Notes: generated from the sequence alone by a model not told the origin. Shown: positions 9,009-19,151, counted from the stretch's first letter. The stretch: DNA of 46,255 bases from Candidatus Saccharimonadota bacterium (GCA_022842995.1 JALHOM010000006.1:19459-65713), one strand, 5' to 3'. Numbers and translations are program-made.

Positions 9009-9241
9009 TACATTCTGAAATTATACAAATTTTAGATGAGTGGCAATCAACCACGAATGTAGCAAGAAGAACAACCAAAAAGTTAAGTAGAACTTGCCGG
9101 ACAGACACCGTAAAAAGTCTAGAATAGAGTGTCAAAAAAGATCATCTTTTTTGAAAACTGGATGGTACCGTCCGCCGTAGCTCAGAAAGAGCAAAGGTGG
9201 ATTCCAGTGGTCAAAACAGGTGATTTTTTATTGGAGAAAAT
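9009..9241 (+). promoter_or_regulatory. T-box riboswitch (Ile specifier, probably translational)
   Basis: Antiterminator-type ACTGGA-TGGTACC-GTCC...GGAT-TCCAGT at 9157-9208. An ATC sits in the loop of GTGG-CAATCAA-CCAC (9040-9054). The element lies directly upstream of ileS. Confidence 0.8.
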
Positions 9242-12130
9242 ATGAAATATAAGCATGGAACACGCCGCAGGGCCAATGAGTACGAAAAAGATCTTGTAAA
9301 TCAGTGGAAGGCCAATAAAACATTCGAAAAATCTATCGAAAACCGGCCAATTGACAACTCTTTTGTGTTTTATGATGGTCCGCCGTTCTTGACTGGAACT
9401 CCTCATCATGGACATCTTCTCATTTCAACAGTTAAAGACAGCGTGGCACGCTACCAAACAATGCAAGGCAAGCGTGTTGAACGTCGCTGGGGCTGGGATT
9501 GTCATGGTCTGCCGGCAGAGGTATTTGTAGAAGGCAAATTAGGTATTAAGAACAAAAAAGAAATCGGCACAAAAATCAGCATCGAAGACTACGTTCGTGA
9601 ATGTCGTTCGGCAATGGTTAAGACGGGGACAGAGTGGGAAGATACCGTTGAGCGCCTCGGCCGATGGGTTGAGTTCAGAGGTGCCTACCAAACCATGGAC
9701 AACGACTATATGGAATCTGTTTGGTGGGCATTCAAAAAACTGTATGAAGACGGCAAAATCTACGAGGGTGAAAAAATCTTAATTTACTGCACCAAAGACG
9801 CTACTCCTATCAGTAAATCTGAAGTGGCTATGGAAAATAGCTATCAAATGGACACCGACCCAAGTGTCTATGTGTATTTTGCACTCGAAGACAGCGACGA
9901 ACTTGTTCTAGCATGGACGACGACGCCGTGGACATTGCCTGCCAATGTTGCAGTAGCGGTACATCCAGAACTGGAATACACTCTACTTGCCTACGGGGAT
10001 AAGAAATTCTATATCGCTACTGAGACGATAGAGCGAGTAATGGTAGACGAGAAAAAACAACCACTGGTTTTTGAGGTAATAAAAAACGTCAAAGGTAGCG
10101 AGCTGGTTGGTAAAAAGTACCATCCGCTTTTTGAGAACAGAGGGCCACAGGCTCACCGGATCTTGGCTGCTGACTTTGTAACATCTTCTGATGGAACCGG
10201 TATCGTTCACGAGGCACCAGCTTACGGTGAAGAAGACTATGAACTCTGCAAAAAAGAGGGAATCCCCGTTATTTCAATAGTCGATGAGAACGGCCACTAC
10301 ACAGAAGGTCGCTGGCAGGATGCCAATATTTGGGAAGTAAACAAAGAAATTGCCAAAAATTTGGTAGAAGAAGGCAAAGCACTTAAGGTCGAATATATCA
10401 GACATGAATATCCTCACTGTCACCGTTGTGGTGAAAAACTGATGTATCGCGCGCACCCGAGTTGGTTTATGGATATCACCGGACAAAAGCAGCAAATGCT
10501 CGATCAAAACCAAACCACATCCTGGATACCGGAACATCTTAAAAATGGTAGGTTCAATAACATCCTAGAATCAGCCCCCGACTGGAATCTTAGTCGTGAT
10601 AGATATTGGGCGACACCAATTCCTGTATGGCGAGGCGTGCGCAATGACGGCACCGAAGTGGTGAAAGTCATCGGATCCTTCGAAGAATTCAAAGAACTGA
10701 CCGGTCTTACTCTGGATGATTACCATCTACCAAACGTTATGGATGTCGAGTTCGAACACGATGGGACAACCCTTCGCCATATCGGTAAAGTGCTGGACTG
10801 CTGGTTCGAAAGCGGCAGTATGCCTTTTGCCCAATTCCACTACCCATTTGAGAACGTAGAAGTATTTGAACGGAGTTTTCCGGCAGATTTCATCACCGAA
10901 GCCATCGACCAAACGAGGGGTTGGTTTTATTCATTAATGGCGGTTAACGTTGGCCTTTTTGGTCAGGCGCCATTTAAGAACGTCATTAGCACAGGACACA
11001 TAAATGCCTCTGATGGCAAAAAACTGAGTAAAAAACTCAAAAACTACACACCTCCGATAGAACTGATGGACAAGGTGTCGGCCGATTCTTTCAGATTCCT
11101 TATGCTCTCCTCTCCATTAACCAGTGGCGAAAACTTTGCCCTTAGCGATAAAGATGTGGTCAATGTCGCCAGGAAGCTGTCTATGGTCTGGAACATGTAC
11201 GACTTCTTTACGATGTATGCAGAGGTAGATGACTGGGAGTGGACTAAATCTCCAGAAAATATCCTCGCAGAAGTTACTAACCCACTAGACAGATGGGTCG
11301 TATCTCGCGTTCACCAACTAGCTGTCGAAGTGAAGGAGTGTATGGACAGCTACCAGATATCTGACGCTACCAAGCCTATATTGGAAGTTATAGATGATGC
11401 GTCGAATTGGTATGTACGTCGTAGTCGACGTCGTTTCTGGAAGTCAGAGGACGATCATGACAAGAACGATGCCTACAAGACCCTGCACTATATTCTAGTG
11501 AAGCTTGCAATTGTCATGGCACCGTTTACGCCGTTTCTTGCTGAAGAACTCTACCAAAAACTAACTGGCGGAGAAAGCGTACATTTGCTTGATTGGCCTA
11601 CTGACAATCAGGTAGACCAAGAGATATTGGATTCAATGGCCAAAACACGAAAAGTCATCGAGACAGGACTTGGCCTCAGAATGTTGAAGTCAGAAACCGA
11701 AGAATCGATCAAGGTGCGCCAGCCTCTCCAAAGCTTGTCGTACACGGGGGCAAAACTTTCTGACGAGTTGGAGCAGATTATCCTCGAAGAAGTAAATGTA
11801 AAAGAAGTTAAGCATTCCAAACCGGAAGACACCGACTTTACGTGCCAGATAGATAAAACACTTACCAAAGAATTAATCCTAGAAGGGAAATCGCGAGAGG
11901 TTATTCGCCTGGTTCAGAACGCTCGCAAAGAAGCAGGACTCCAAGTTGACGACCGGATTGATCTGAGCCTTAAAACAGAGTCCGCAGAGCTGAAACAAGC
12001 GATAGCTGCTCATAAAGATGAAATCATGAACGAAACGCTGGCTTCAAACATGACGCAAGCTGATTACGACTATGTTGCTGACCTATCTGCCGATGGCGAA
12101 AAAATCATTGTTTCACTGCAAAAAAGCTAA
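9242..12130 (+). CDS. ileS: isoleucine--tRNA ligase, type 2 (archaeal/eukaryal-like)
   Basis: DGPPF..G.PHHGH, GWDCHGLP, WTTTPWTLP, SRDRYWATPIP, DCWFESGSMP, DQTRGWF and KLSKK, with a type-2 C-terminus. Confidence 0.96.
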   Translation: MKYKHGTRRRANEYEKDLVNQWKANKTFEKSIENRPIDNSFVFYDGPPFLTGTPHHGHLLISTVKDSVARYQTMQGKRVERRWGWDCHGLPAEVFVEGKLGIKNKKEIGTKISIEDYVRECRSAMVKTGTEWEDTVERLGRWVEFRGAYQTMDNDYMESVWWAFKKLYEDGKIYEGEKILIYCTKDATPISKSEVAMENSYQMDTDPSVYVYFALEDSDELVLAWTTTPWTLPANVAVAVHPELEYTLLAYGDKKFYIATETIERVMVDEKKQPLVFEVIKNVKGSELVGKKYHPLFENRGPQAHRILAADFVTSSDGTGIVHEAPAYGEEDYELCKKEGIPVISIVDENGHYTEGRWQDANIWEVNKEIAKNLVEEGKALKVEYIRHEYPHCHRCGEKLMYRAHPSWFMDITGQKQQMLDQNQTTSWIPEHLKNGRFNNILESAPDWNLSRDRYWATPIPVWRGVRNDGTEVVKVIGSFEEFKELTGLTLDDYHLPNVMDVEFEHDGTTLRHIGKVLDCWFESGSMPFAQFHYPFENVEVFERSFPADFITEAIDQTRGWFYSLMAVNVGLFGQAPFKNVISTGHINASDGKKLSKKLKNYTPPIELMDKVSADSFRFLMLSSPLTSGENFALSDKDVVNVARKLSMVWNMYDFFTMYAEVDDWEWTKSPENILAEVTNPLDRWVVSRVHQLAVEVKECMDSYQISDATKPILEVIDDASNWYVRRSRRRFWKSEDDHDKNDAYKTLHYILVKLAIVMAPFTPFLAEELYQKLTGGESVHLLDWPTDNQVDQEILDSMAKTRKVIETGLGLRMLKSETEESIKVRQPLQSLSYTGAKLSDELEQIILEEVNVKEVKHSKPEDTDFTCQIDKTLTKELILEGKSREVIRLVQNARKEAGLQVDDRIDLSLKTESAELKQAIAAHKDEIMNETLASNMTQADYDYVADLSADGEKIIVSLQKS

Positions 12131-12218
12131 AACCTCATATCCAGCAATATTTGGTTTCCTTGACACGTGGTATATAATACGACATATAAAGGGTGTTACT
12201 CGTGAAAGGAGTAGTTGA

Positions 12219-12545
12219 ATGAACAAGCAACTTAAAGGGTTCATGGATTTTGTGCGCGATCACGGCGTGGTTGGCCTTGCGGTCGGTTTGGCAATTGGTA
12301 CTCAAGTTGGTGCCACAGTCGAAACAATTGTTAAAGGTTTAATCGATCCACTCGTCGGATTCATTATCGGAGACACAGAAGGACTATCAGCTGCAGCATT
12401 TACGCTTACCGCTGGTGACCGCTCAATGACTATCATGTGGGGTGCAGTTCTGTCCGCCATGATCACTCTTTTGGCTGTTTCTGCTTTGATCTACTACGTT
12501 GTCATGGGTCTCAAGCTGGACAAAGTCGACAAGAAAAAAGCTTAA
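12219..12545 (+). CDS. mscL: large-conductance mechanosensitive channel MscL-like
   Basis: LKGFMDFVRDHGVVGLAVGLAIG N-terminus and two TM segments. SD AAAGGAG. Confidence 0.85.
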   Translation: MNKQLKGFMDFVRDHGVVGLAVGLAIGTQVGATVETIVKGLIDPLVGFIIGDTEGLSAAAFTLTAGDRSMTIMWGAVLSAMITLLAVSALIYYVVMGLKLDKVDKKKA

Positions 12546-12566
12546 TTTCTAAATCAATACAAAATA

Positions 12567-12624
12567 ATAAACTCCTAGAAGCTCTACCTCGCATAGCGAG
12601 GAAGCCACAGGAGTTTATTTTTTT
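12567..12624. terminator. bidirectional terminator-like hairpin
   Basis: ATAAACTCCT...AGGAGTTTAT outer stem with inner CCTCGC-ATA-GCGAGG, between convergent genes. Confidence 0.55.
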
Positions 12625-13448
12625 ATATGTCGAAGAAACCCAAGAAGTGCCAATACGGAAAAAAGAATCATCCCGACCGCAAGTACACCTAGTAGCGTAT
12701 TCTTTCTGGAATTGTCTGTGACATTTGGCGTTGAATCGCTAGATGAATTGTTTACCGTGGTCTGTGGTGAGTTCGGTTCCGTAGGAGTGCTTTGGCCCTG
12801 TTCGAGTGACGTGGTGTTTTGTATGCATGGGTAACTCTTGCCAAGTTCTGTGAGTGGTGAATTATCGGGCACTCGACGAATAGACATCACGTCAAAGCCA
12901 TTTTTGAAATCGAGCGACCGTGCTGTTTGCCACCATAAATCGAGTGAGCGCTGGTAGCCATTCACTGGACCGCCTCCTTGGCCAACATCGAGTTTTTCAG
13001 CAACTAAACATTTTCCTCGATAGCTAATCTCTATTTTTGCACCCAGTGGTAAATCACCGAGTGCAGAAAAATCTTTTGCCGATGGGTCGGTACTTAACTC
13101 AGCAAAACTAACTCGGTTGTGTAACTTAGTTCCTTCGACAAAACCTTCGCCATTGTCGTCGCTGCAGGTGGGCGAAAGTTCCCCCGATAATGATTGTGCG
13201 CTAAATTCACCACCCCGTACTCTGTCGCATTGATCTTTATTGTCGATTATCCAGGCTTTTTTTGATTCATCCCAGTTGCCGCCATAATACGTAGTTCCGA
13301 CTAAAGTAGGCTCGGTAGTTACATTGATGGCCTGTGTTTCGGATAGCAAAAAATACCCAGTGATCAAACAAACAAACCCTACAATTAGCCCAAGGATTTT
13401 CACCGACATCCAACCATCATACCATTTACGGAGAGAATGAGCGGTCAT
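12615..13448 (-). CDS. exported protein with RlpA/DPBB-like domain, S/T/N linker and C-terminal TM anchor
   Basis: N-terminal hydrophobic segment. LPLGAKIEI...KLDVGQGG...RSLDLWWQTARSL resembles double-psi beta-barrel motifs. C-terminal TM followed by a basic tail. Confidence 0.6.
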   Translation of the reverse strand: MTAHSLRKWYDGWMSVKILGLIVGFVCLITGYFLLSETQAINVTTEPTLVGTTYYGGNWDESKKAWIIDNKDQCDRVRGGEFSAQSLSGELSPTCSDDNGEGFVEGTKLHNRVSFAELSTDPSAKDFSALGDLPLGAKIEISYRGKCLVAEKLDVGQGGGPVNGYQRSLDLWWQTARSLDFKNGFDVMSIRRVPDNSPLTELGKSYPCIQNTTSLEQGQSTPTEPNSPQTTVNNSSSDSTPNVTDNSRKNTLLGVLAVGMILFSVLALLGFLRHIKK

Positions 13449-16400
13449 TGCACTGAGGCCGTCCGCTTTAACGTACCCCAGCCGTGCATAGTTCCTCGTA
13501 GTGCCCGCAGAAACGACACGAGGGTTGCATAGCTGAGTATTGTTTTGTAGATAATAATGTAAAACGGCAAAATCAGCACAAGTTTCATTGCTGATTTACG
13601 AGATTGAGCATCCCTGAAGATGGCAAAGATCGTGGTTGCAATTTCCAGGATTATAATGCTGCTAGAGACTGCGACAAAACCTGGGTTCGTTATGAACTCC
13701 AGTTCAGCAGGGACCGGAAGGGTCATTCCAAGGATAAAGTAGGCCAAAATAGTCAACGAGAATACCAAAAGAACAGGGAAGAAGATCGCACCTACTAGCT
13801 CGATATAAAACATTGGCAAACCGACATATCCGAGTAGCTTGTAACGGTAATTGAACAGGCCTCGACTATGTTTAAATAATGCCTGCATATTCCCGAGCTG
13901 CCAGCGTGTGCGCTGTGTCATGAGCTGTGATACTTTTTCGGGAGCCTCGGTCCGTGCGCCAATGTTAGAGATATACTTGACGCGGTAACCGGCTGCTATT
14001 ACCTTCATCGTGGCGTCAGCGTCTTCTGCTAACGTGTCGTTGGTAAAGCCTCCAATTTTCATTAACACATCACGCCTCCATAGCCCAAGCGCTCCAGGTA
14101 CGACAATGATACTATTTATCAAGTCCTGAGCAGTCTTTATGAACATGTGCGACATACTGTATTCGATAAACTGGGATCGAGTAAGCAAATTATGGTCATT
14201 ACCAACTTTGATATTGCCCGCGATAGCTCCTATCATCGGATCTTTGACTGCTTCTTTGGCGAAGCGTTCCAGAGCGTCGGGGGCAAAAACAGTATCGGCA
14301 TCACAGAAAATCAGCCAGCGGTTACGCGTTTTTCTTATGGCGAGGCTGAGGGCGTTCGCCTTGCCGCCGTTCGGAATATCGATCACTGAAAGTCGTTTAT
14401 CTTTTCGAGCGTAGGCCTTCAGAATTTTGAGAGTATTATCTTTCGAACCATCGTTGATGACCACGATCTTAAACTTTTTGTATGTGTTATTAAAAAGCGC
14501 CTCGATGGTCTTGCCGATTACGGCCTCTTCGTTGTAGCAAGCGATAATAACCGCTACCGTTGGTAAACGCCTTGACGGTCGATAACGTTTCGTCCGAGAA
14601 AGCTGGATACGCCGAAATAAATGATATGCCAGCGTCCCAAATAACATCCAGGCATATTTCAATATGGCAAACCCGAGGATCACTAAGTTCACATATATAA
14701 CAGCCCTGGCCCAGCCGTCGCGAAGCGTTAAAGCACGGTAAGTCGTCGTTACGCCGGCAACTTGAGGTTCGGATTCGGTGAGTTGATCGACTCTAACGAT
14801 CTCGATATTTTTGGATTTTAAGTACTGGATAACTCGGGGAAGGGCTTCGAAAGTTATTTCTGGACGTGAGTGTATGTCATGGAAGAGTATTTGAGAATAC
14901 GATCCGTTGGAGGCTTCTATATCGCGAATTACTTTTTGTACAACTTCATCAGCACTGCCGAGTTCCCAGTCTTTGGAGTCGATATCGTACTCGCTAGAAA
15001 GCAGTCCGAATTGTTGTAGCATCGCCAGGTACTCTATCTCGTTGGAGGTGTTGATCGGCCCATTATCGCTATAGGGTTTCCGGAAGTATTTTGGTGTTTC
15101 ACCAGTCACATCCTTGATGATTTTATTTGTCGCTTCAATTTGGTTGGCCTGACTTTTAGCGTCAATTTTGCTGAATATTGGGTGAGAAAAGGAATGGTTT
15201 TCTAACTCATGCCCACGAGTAACAATCTCGCGGGCTGTGCTTGGACTGGCGCGGACTTTTTCTCCAAGAGCAAAGAAAGTGCCTTTAACCCCATTGCTAT
15301 CGAGGATGTCGAGTACTTTACGGGTTGTAACGGGGTGAGGGCCATCATCAAAAGTGAGTGCAATTTTATTTTGTTTTTTGCCAGAAGCTACAACAACGGG
15401 ATCAATGCCGTTTGATTGAAGCTGGCTAGAAATAACCAGCTTGTCGGAGTTATAGGCGAGAGTCCGCGTTCCGGGGGTTCCGGTATTTTCGACTTTAAAG
15501 ACTTGTCCAGCTCCTTGCTTGGTGACTTTTTGCGAGCCGGTAACTTGTTTTGTTAAGACGTGATCTACTTTAGTTGCGTCAAAGTATCCAGACAAGACAT
15601 TCCAAATGCTATACTCCTCGAAGCCCGGGTTAGCTACGGCATATTGCAGCCGACTAACCGCATTATGAGCAGACTTTTCGGCTTCGGATAACCGCATGAA
15701 ATTATAGCCACTAACAGCGTCGTATATGACGTGACGAGAAGTCGCCGTATCTAGCTTAATCGGGCCATCGCTTCGCTCGGAAATATTTCTATCTATCAGC
15801 GAATCTTGTACAGAAGAATATTCAACACTTCTGTTATATTGATTGGGGTCTGCAAAATCAAGGCGACTGCTGACTGTAGGTAGCTCGAGGATGATCTGGC
15901 CGGGTATTGTATACAGTTTTTTCGCTAACGTTTGGTAGGAGCCGCGCGAAGATGCGTCGTAGTTTTGCGAGATGTATACGACATCGAATTGATTGGCTTC
16001 TCCCAAGATAATATCGTTATGGTCGCCAGACTTTAGCATCAGTCCAAAAGACAACTGATGGGCATCGAGTTTGTTTTTTGTCGATACAACCCACGCAGAG
16101 AGCTTGGAGATATCATCAGGAGAGGTCACCATACGAGAATCAAGCTCAATTGCAAGTCCGTGCCCGTGTGCTGCACGAATGTCATTAATTATGTTTTCGA
16201 GAGTCGTTGAGTCGATCAACTGATGTAGACGTGAGTCAATCTCGGGCTTAGATTTCCTCTCGAGAGGGAGATCAGTGTATCGTTTACTGCTTAGGATGAA
16301 GTATTTGTTATATGAAACAACTTTATTTTCGCTTAAAAACTCAATATCGTCATTCAGTGAAATGTAATATTCTGGTGACTCGTATCCATTTGAGTTCAAA

Positions 16401-16684
16401 ATGTACCGAGGAACCATAACAGTCTTTACTTTTGATATCTGTGCACTTGCAATTGAATAGGCCCTTTCGTGGTTGTCGTTATATAGCATAGCCATAGGCA
16501 TGTCTGCATGGGCCACGATGGTGTCATTGCGGGCAATATTGCTGATCCGGTTCAACTTATTAACCGAATACGTTATCAGAACGGCAGACGAAAGAGTGAA
16601 GGCAATAAATAATAAGAGCGCCAGATTAATAATCTTTTTACGACGCCCAGATTCATCAACAAATATCTGGTGCTTACCTGCCAT
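13445..16684 (-). CDS. fused polysaccharide deacetylase (CE4) + GT2 synthase (PgaC/IcaA-like) with degenerate GH18-like N-domain
   Basis: CE4 motifs TFDDGP, HELENHSFSHP, FRKPY and ILFHD. Processive GT2 motifs DGSKD, DADT, AEDAD and QRTRW. TM helices present. Confidence 0.88.
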   Translation of the reverse strand: MAGKHQIFVDESGRRKKIINLALLLFIAFTLSSAVLITYSVNKLNRISNIARNDTIVAHADMPMAMLYNDNHERAYSIASAQISKVKTVMVPRYILNSNGYESPEYYISLNDDIEFLSENKVVSYNKYFILSSKRYTDLPLERKSKPEIDSRLHQLIDSTTLENIINDIRAAHGHGLAIELDSRMVTSPDDISKLSAWVVSTKNKLDAHQLSFGLMLKSGDHNDIILGEANQFDVVYISQNYDASSRGSYQTLAKKLYTIPGQIILELPTVSSRLDFADPNQYNRSVEYSSVQDSLIDRNISERSDGPIKLDTATSRHVIYDAVSGYNFMRLSEAEKSAHNAVSRLQYAVANPGFEEYSIWNVLSGYFDATKVDHVLTKQVTGSQKVTKQGAGQVFKVENTGTPGTRTLAYNSDKLVISSQLQSNGIDPVVVASGKKQNKIALTFDDGPHPVTTRKVLDILDSNGVKGTFFALGEKVRASPSTAREIVTRGHELENHSFSHPIFSKIDAKSQANQIEATNKIIKDVTGETPKYFRKPYSDNGPINTSNEIEYLAMLQQFGLLSSEYDIDSKDWELGSADEVVQKVIRDIEASNGSYSQILFHDIHSRPEITFEALPRVIQYLKSKNIEIVRVDQLTESEPQVAGVTTTYRALTLRDGWARAVIYVNLVILGFAILKYAWMLFGTLAYHLFRRIQLSRTKRYRPSRRLPTVAVIIACYNEEAVIGKTIEALFNNTYKKFKIVVINDGSKDNTLKILKAYARKDKRLSVIDIPNGGKANALSLAIRKTRNRWLIFCDADTVFAPDALERFAKEAVKDPMIGAIAGNIKVGNDHNLLTRSQFIEYSMSHMFIKTAQDLINSIIVVPGALGLWRRDVLMKIGGFTNDTLAEDADATMKVIAAGYRVKYISNIGARTEAPEKVSQLMTQRTRWQLGNMQALFKHSRGLFNYRYKLLGYVGLPMFYIELVGAIFFPVLLVFSLTILAYFILGMTLPVPAELEFITNPGFVAVSSSIIILEIATTIFAIFRDAQSRKSAMKLVLILPFYIIIYKTILSYATLVSFLRALRGTMHGWGTLKRTASVQ

Positions 16685-16847
16685 TTCCCCATACGCTTTC
16701 GTCTCTTAAGCGTTACTACTGATACTATATTCTGAAAATGACAATTAAGCTATTGCTTTACAACAGTTTACTTCATTTCACAACGATGTTGTGTACAACT
16801 GTACAAGTCGAGTCGATGATTAGATTTCTTAGTAAAATGCAGGTTCC

Positions 16848-17079
16848 TTATTGACGTACGATGTCCGTGTCCCGGAAGAATTATTAGTCTGACGATAACG
16901 AACAGGCCGGTAAGCTTCCCGACACGCCAAAAGACGCAAAGCTATATATTTTCTGCCGTAGTGGCAACCGTTCCGCGGAAGCAGCTGATCTACTCAAGCA
17001 AGCGGGCTTTACTAACGTAGTTGATTTGGGCGGACTCAGCGACGTTCAAAAAATCGGCGGAAAATTATCGAAAGGGTAG
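16848..17079 (+). pseudogene. rhodanese-domain pseudogene
   Basis: Fragments LIDVR and DVRVPEE, a stop, then YIFCRSGNRSAEAADLLKQAGFTNVVDLGG. The GHIPGA segment is missing. Confidence 0.75.
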
Positions 17080-17091
17080 AGGGGGGTTACT

Positions 17092-17211
17092 ATGAAGATA
17101 GCTGCGTACAGCTCCGCAACTTGTCCGTACTGCGTGATGCTCAAAAGATGACTAAAAGATATTATGCTCGAGTTTACCGAATACAATGAAATCCTAATTG
17201 AGCTGAAGTAG
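17092..17211 (+). pseudogene. glutaredoxin/NrdH-like pseudogene
   Basis: MKIAAYSSATCPYCVMLKR*LKD...: CPYC active site, in-frame TGA at 17149, and early TAG at 17209. Confidence 0.72.
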
Positions 17212-17507
17212 ATTGTCTATATAGTCCAGTTTATTTCAAATTGATATATAGAACAGCTGCGTGAAGAGCGCAGAGTATTTCTATCAATAGGCCCCGAGGT
17301 CATTCACAGTACTGGATTTTACGTTGGAATATATTCTGGATTTAAACCAGTAGCTTAAGTGGGGTCACGTCTTGGTACTGGTCCGGATAAAATAGACAAT
17401 AATACACCGCCCTTCTCAAATAGACGAAGAATTTACGCATAAAATCCGATTAACTGCCTCAATAAGATATGAAGCAATTTGCCAGCTAGACCAAATTTTT
17501 TGAGTAG

Positions 17508-18305
17508 TTAGTCATACTTAAAAACGGGCCAATTACCGCTGTAGCCTCTCCGATTGTTATTGGTTTTTGCATGATCTACATTGCAAACTAGACGTAATGA
17601 GGCAGCCTTTGGCATAGGGAGTATAACTCGCTGAGGGACAACACCCGGCATCATATCAAACATGTACGTGTAAGTACCTTTGAACGGTCGCGATACTAGA
17701 TCGCTTTCAGCTGATCGATCAGGCCTTACGCAATGTATCCAATTGGTCTGAGCAATAGGCATGGCCATCGATATTTTATCGCCAAAACCACGTCGCAATA
17801 GCCTGGCATTGTAATCTCTCCGTCGTTCCATGTATACGTACGATTTAGGCGAGAAGCGTGAGGTGATGAGTGTTTCGGGCGTTACTACAAAATCTTGTCT
17901 TGCGTTTGGGTTATTCCTTGTACCGATCCGGTCGATAAGAGTTACCTCCTCTACTCTCTCAAGACCTTGGCCAGTACAATGGCTTGTGCCACTCCTCGTG
18001 TAAAAAGATAGGCCAGCTGGCCAGCCTTGCAGGGGAACTAAAGGAAATGGCTCGATAGACGGCAGCATACCAGAAAGCCGACATTTAATTTCTAGTTCTC
18101 GCCCTGTATTATCCTTAAAAGCAATTGGGGTATTGTTTTTCAAATGTACAGCACCAGGAAAAGCATACGGATCATGCCTATTGATTTTCCAGACTTGCTG
18201 AGCAACAGCATCTGTCGGTGTTCCAACCATAATGAGCGAAGATAAAACAAACCCAGTAGCAGCGAGAGGGCATCTATTTCCAAAAATGAATTCAGGTTGT
18301 TTCAT
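17508..18305 (-). CDS. secreted orphan protein (Cys-scaffold family member)
   Basis: Signal-like N-terminus ending AVA-QQ, SD AAAGGA, TGQGLERVEEVT motif and spaced Cys residues. Confidence 0.65.
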   Translation of the reverse strand: MKQPEFIFGNRCPLAATGFVLSSLIMVGTPTDAVAQQVWKINRHDPYAFPGAVHLKNNTPIAFKDNTGRELEIKCRLSGMLPSIEPFPLVPLQGWPAGLSFYTRSGTSHCTGQGLERVEEVTLIDRIGTRNNPNARQDFVVTPETLITSRFSPKSYVYMERRRDYNARLLRRGFGDKISMAMPIAQTNWIHCVRPDRSAESDLVSRPFKGTYTYMFDMMPGVVPQRVILPMPKAASLRLVCNVDHAKTNNNRRGYSGNWPVFKYD

Positions 18306-18758
18306 ATCATTCCTTTCAACGACATTGATTCTTGATCAAAAAAAACTAAATCTATGCTTCAGAATCAGCCTAACATCATGCCTATTTAATCAATGCGAAT
18401 TAATATACCATCTACCACCAGCATTGTCATTCACTTCGTAATGGGTTCAGTTTACTACTCCGGAACATAGCGTAATTCTAGGTAAGCTTGTGGCGAGGTG
18501 AACCAGCTTGGCTGGTTCTCCCGAGTTATCTAATCGAAGAGATCGAGCCTGAGGTTTTTGGTCAGCACACATCCATAGAGTTTGCGAGAATGTCACTTCT
18601 GAACAGAAGTGTTTGATATTTTCCAAACTTTATTGCGAATTATTTTTACAAATAAGGGATTTTATCTGTTAAGCACACAAAATTCGCGAAGATAATTGCA
18701 AAAAATGTAACTGAATTTCACCAAATTTTAGGAGGCCAGAAATGACTAACCAAACCGT

Positions 18759-18784
18759 AAAAAAAGACCCTCATAACAAGGGTC
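18759..18784 (-). terminator. terminator of tRNA-Trp
   Basis: GACCCT/AGGGTC stem followed by T7 on the - strand. Confidence 0.65.
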
Positions 18785-18816
18785 GTCTAACACTACTCGA
18801 ACGTAGCCGTTCTATA

Positions 18817-18891
18817 TGGCAGGGGCACGTGGAATCGAACCACGATCTAAGGTTTTGGAGACCTTTATACTAACCGTTGTACTATGCCCCT
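18817..18891 (-). tRNA. tRNA-Trp(CCA)
   Basis: AGGGGCA/TGCCCCT acceptor stem, AAGGT-CTCCAAA-ACCTT anticodon arm, GGTTCGATTCC and CCA. Confidence 0.95.
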
Positions 18892-19138
18892 ATGGCTGGT
18901 CAATTCTTGAAAGCAATGCTTTAGTTGCTGAACGACTTCTTTTTAAAGTATTTTCACGTTTACGAGCCTGCGCCTCATTGTCGTATGCTTCGTAATAGCG
19001 TAATTTTAATGGCAAGTATGGTTTGGTCGACGAGACTAATCCTGAACTATGTTGCAGAATCCTATTTTTTAAATCCTTCGTAAAACCATAGTAATGCCAA
19101 GTTTTATCCCGAGACTCTAATAGGTATACGTACCACAT
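18890..19138 (-). CDS. stand-alone GIY-YIG nuclease (UPF0213-like)
   Basis: WYVYLL...HYYGFT.DL..R..QH..G...T....P..L.YYE......A..RE..LK. The stop codon overlaps the tRNA-Trp 5' end. Confidence 0.9.
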   Translation of the reverse strand: MWYVYLLESRDKTWHYYGFTKDLKNRILQHSSGLVSSTKPYLPLKLRYYEAYDNEAQARKRENTLKRSRSATKALLSRIDQP

Positions 19139-19151
19139 CGGTATAGATTAT

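Noticed and set aside
17149-17151. In-frame TGA in glutaredoxin as a sign of recoding (code 25 or selenocysteine)
   Set aside because: TGA terminates intact genes here (holB, dcd, dnaB, recR). The codon is not at the CxxC site, and neighbouring lesions show ordinary decay.
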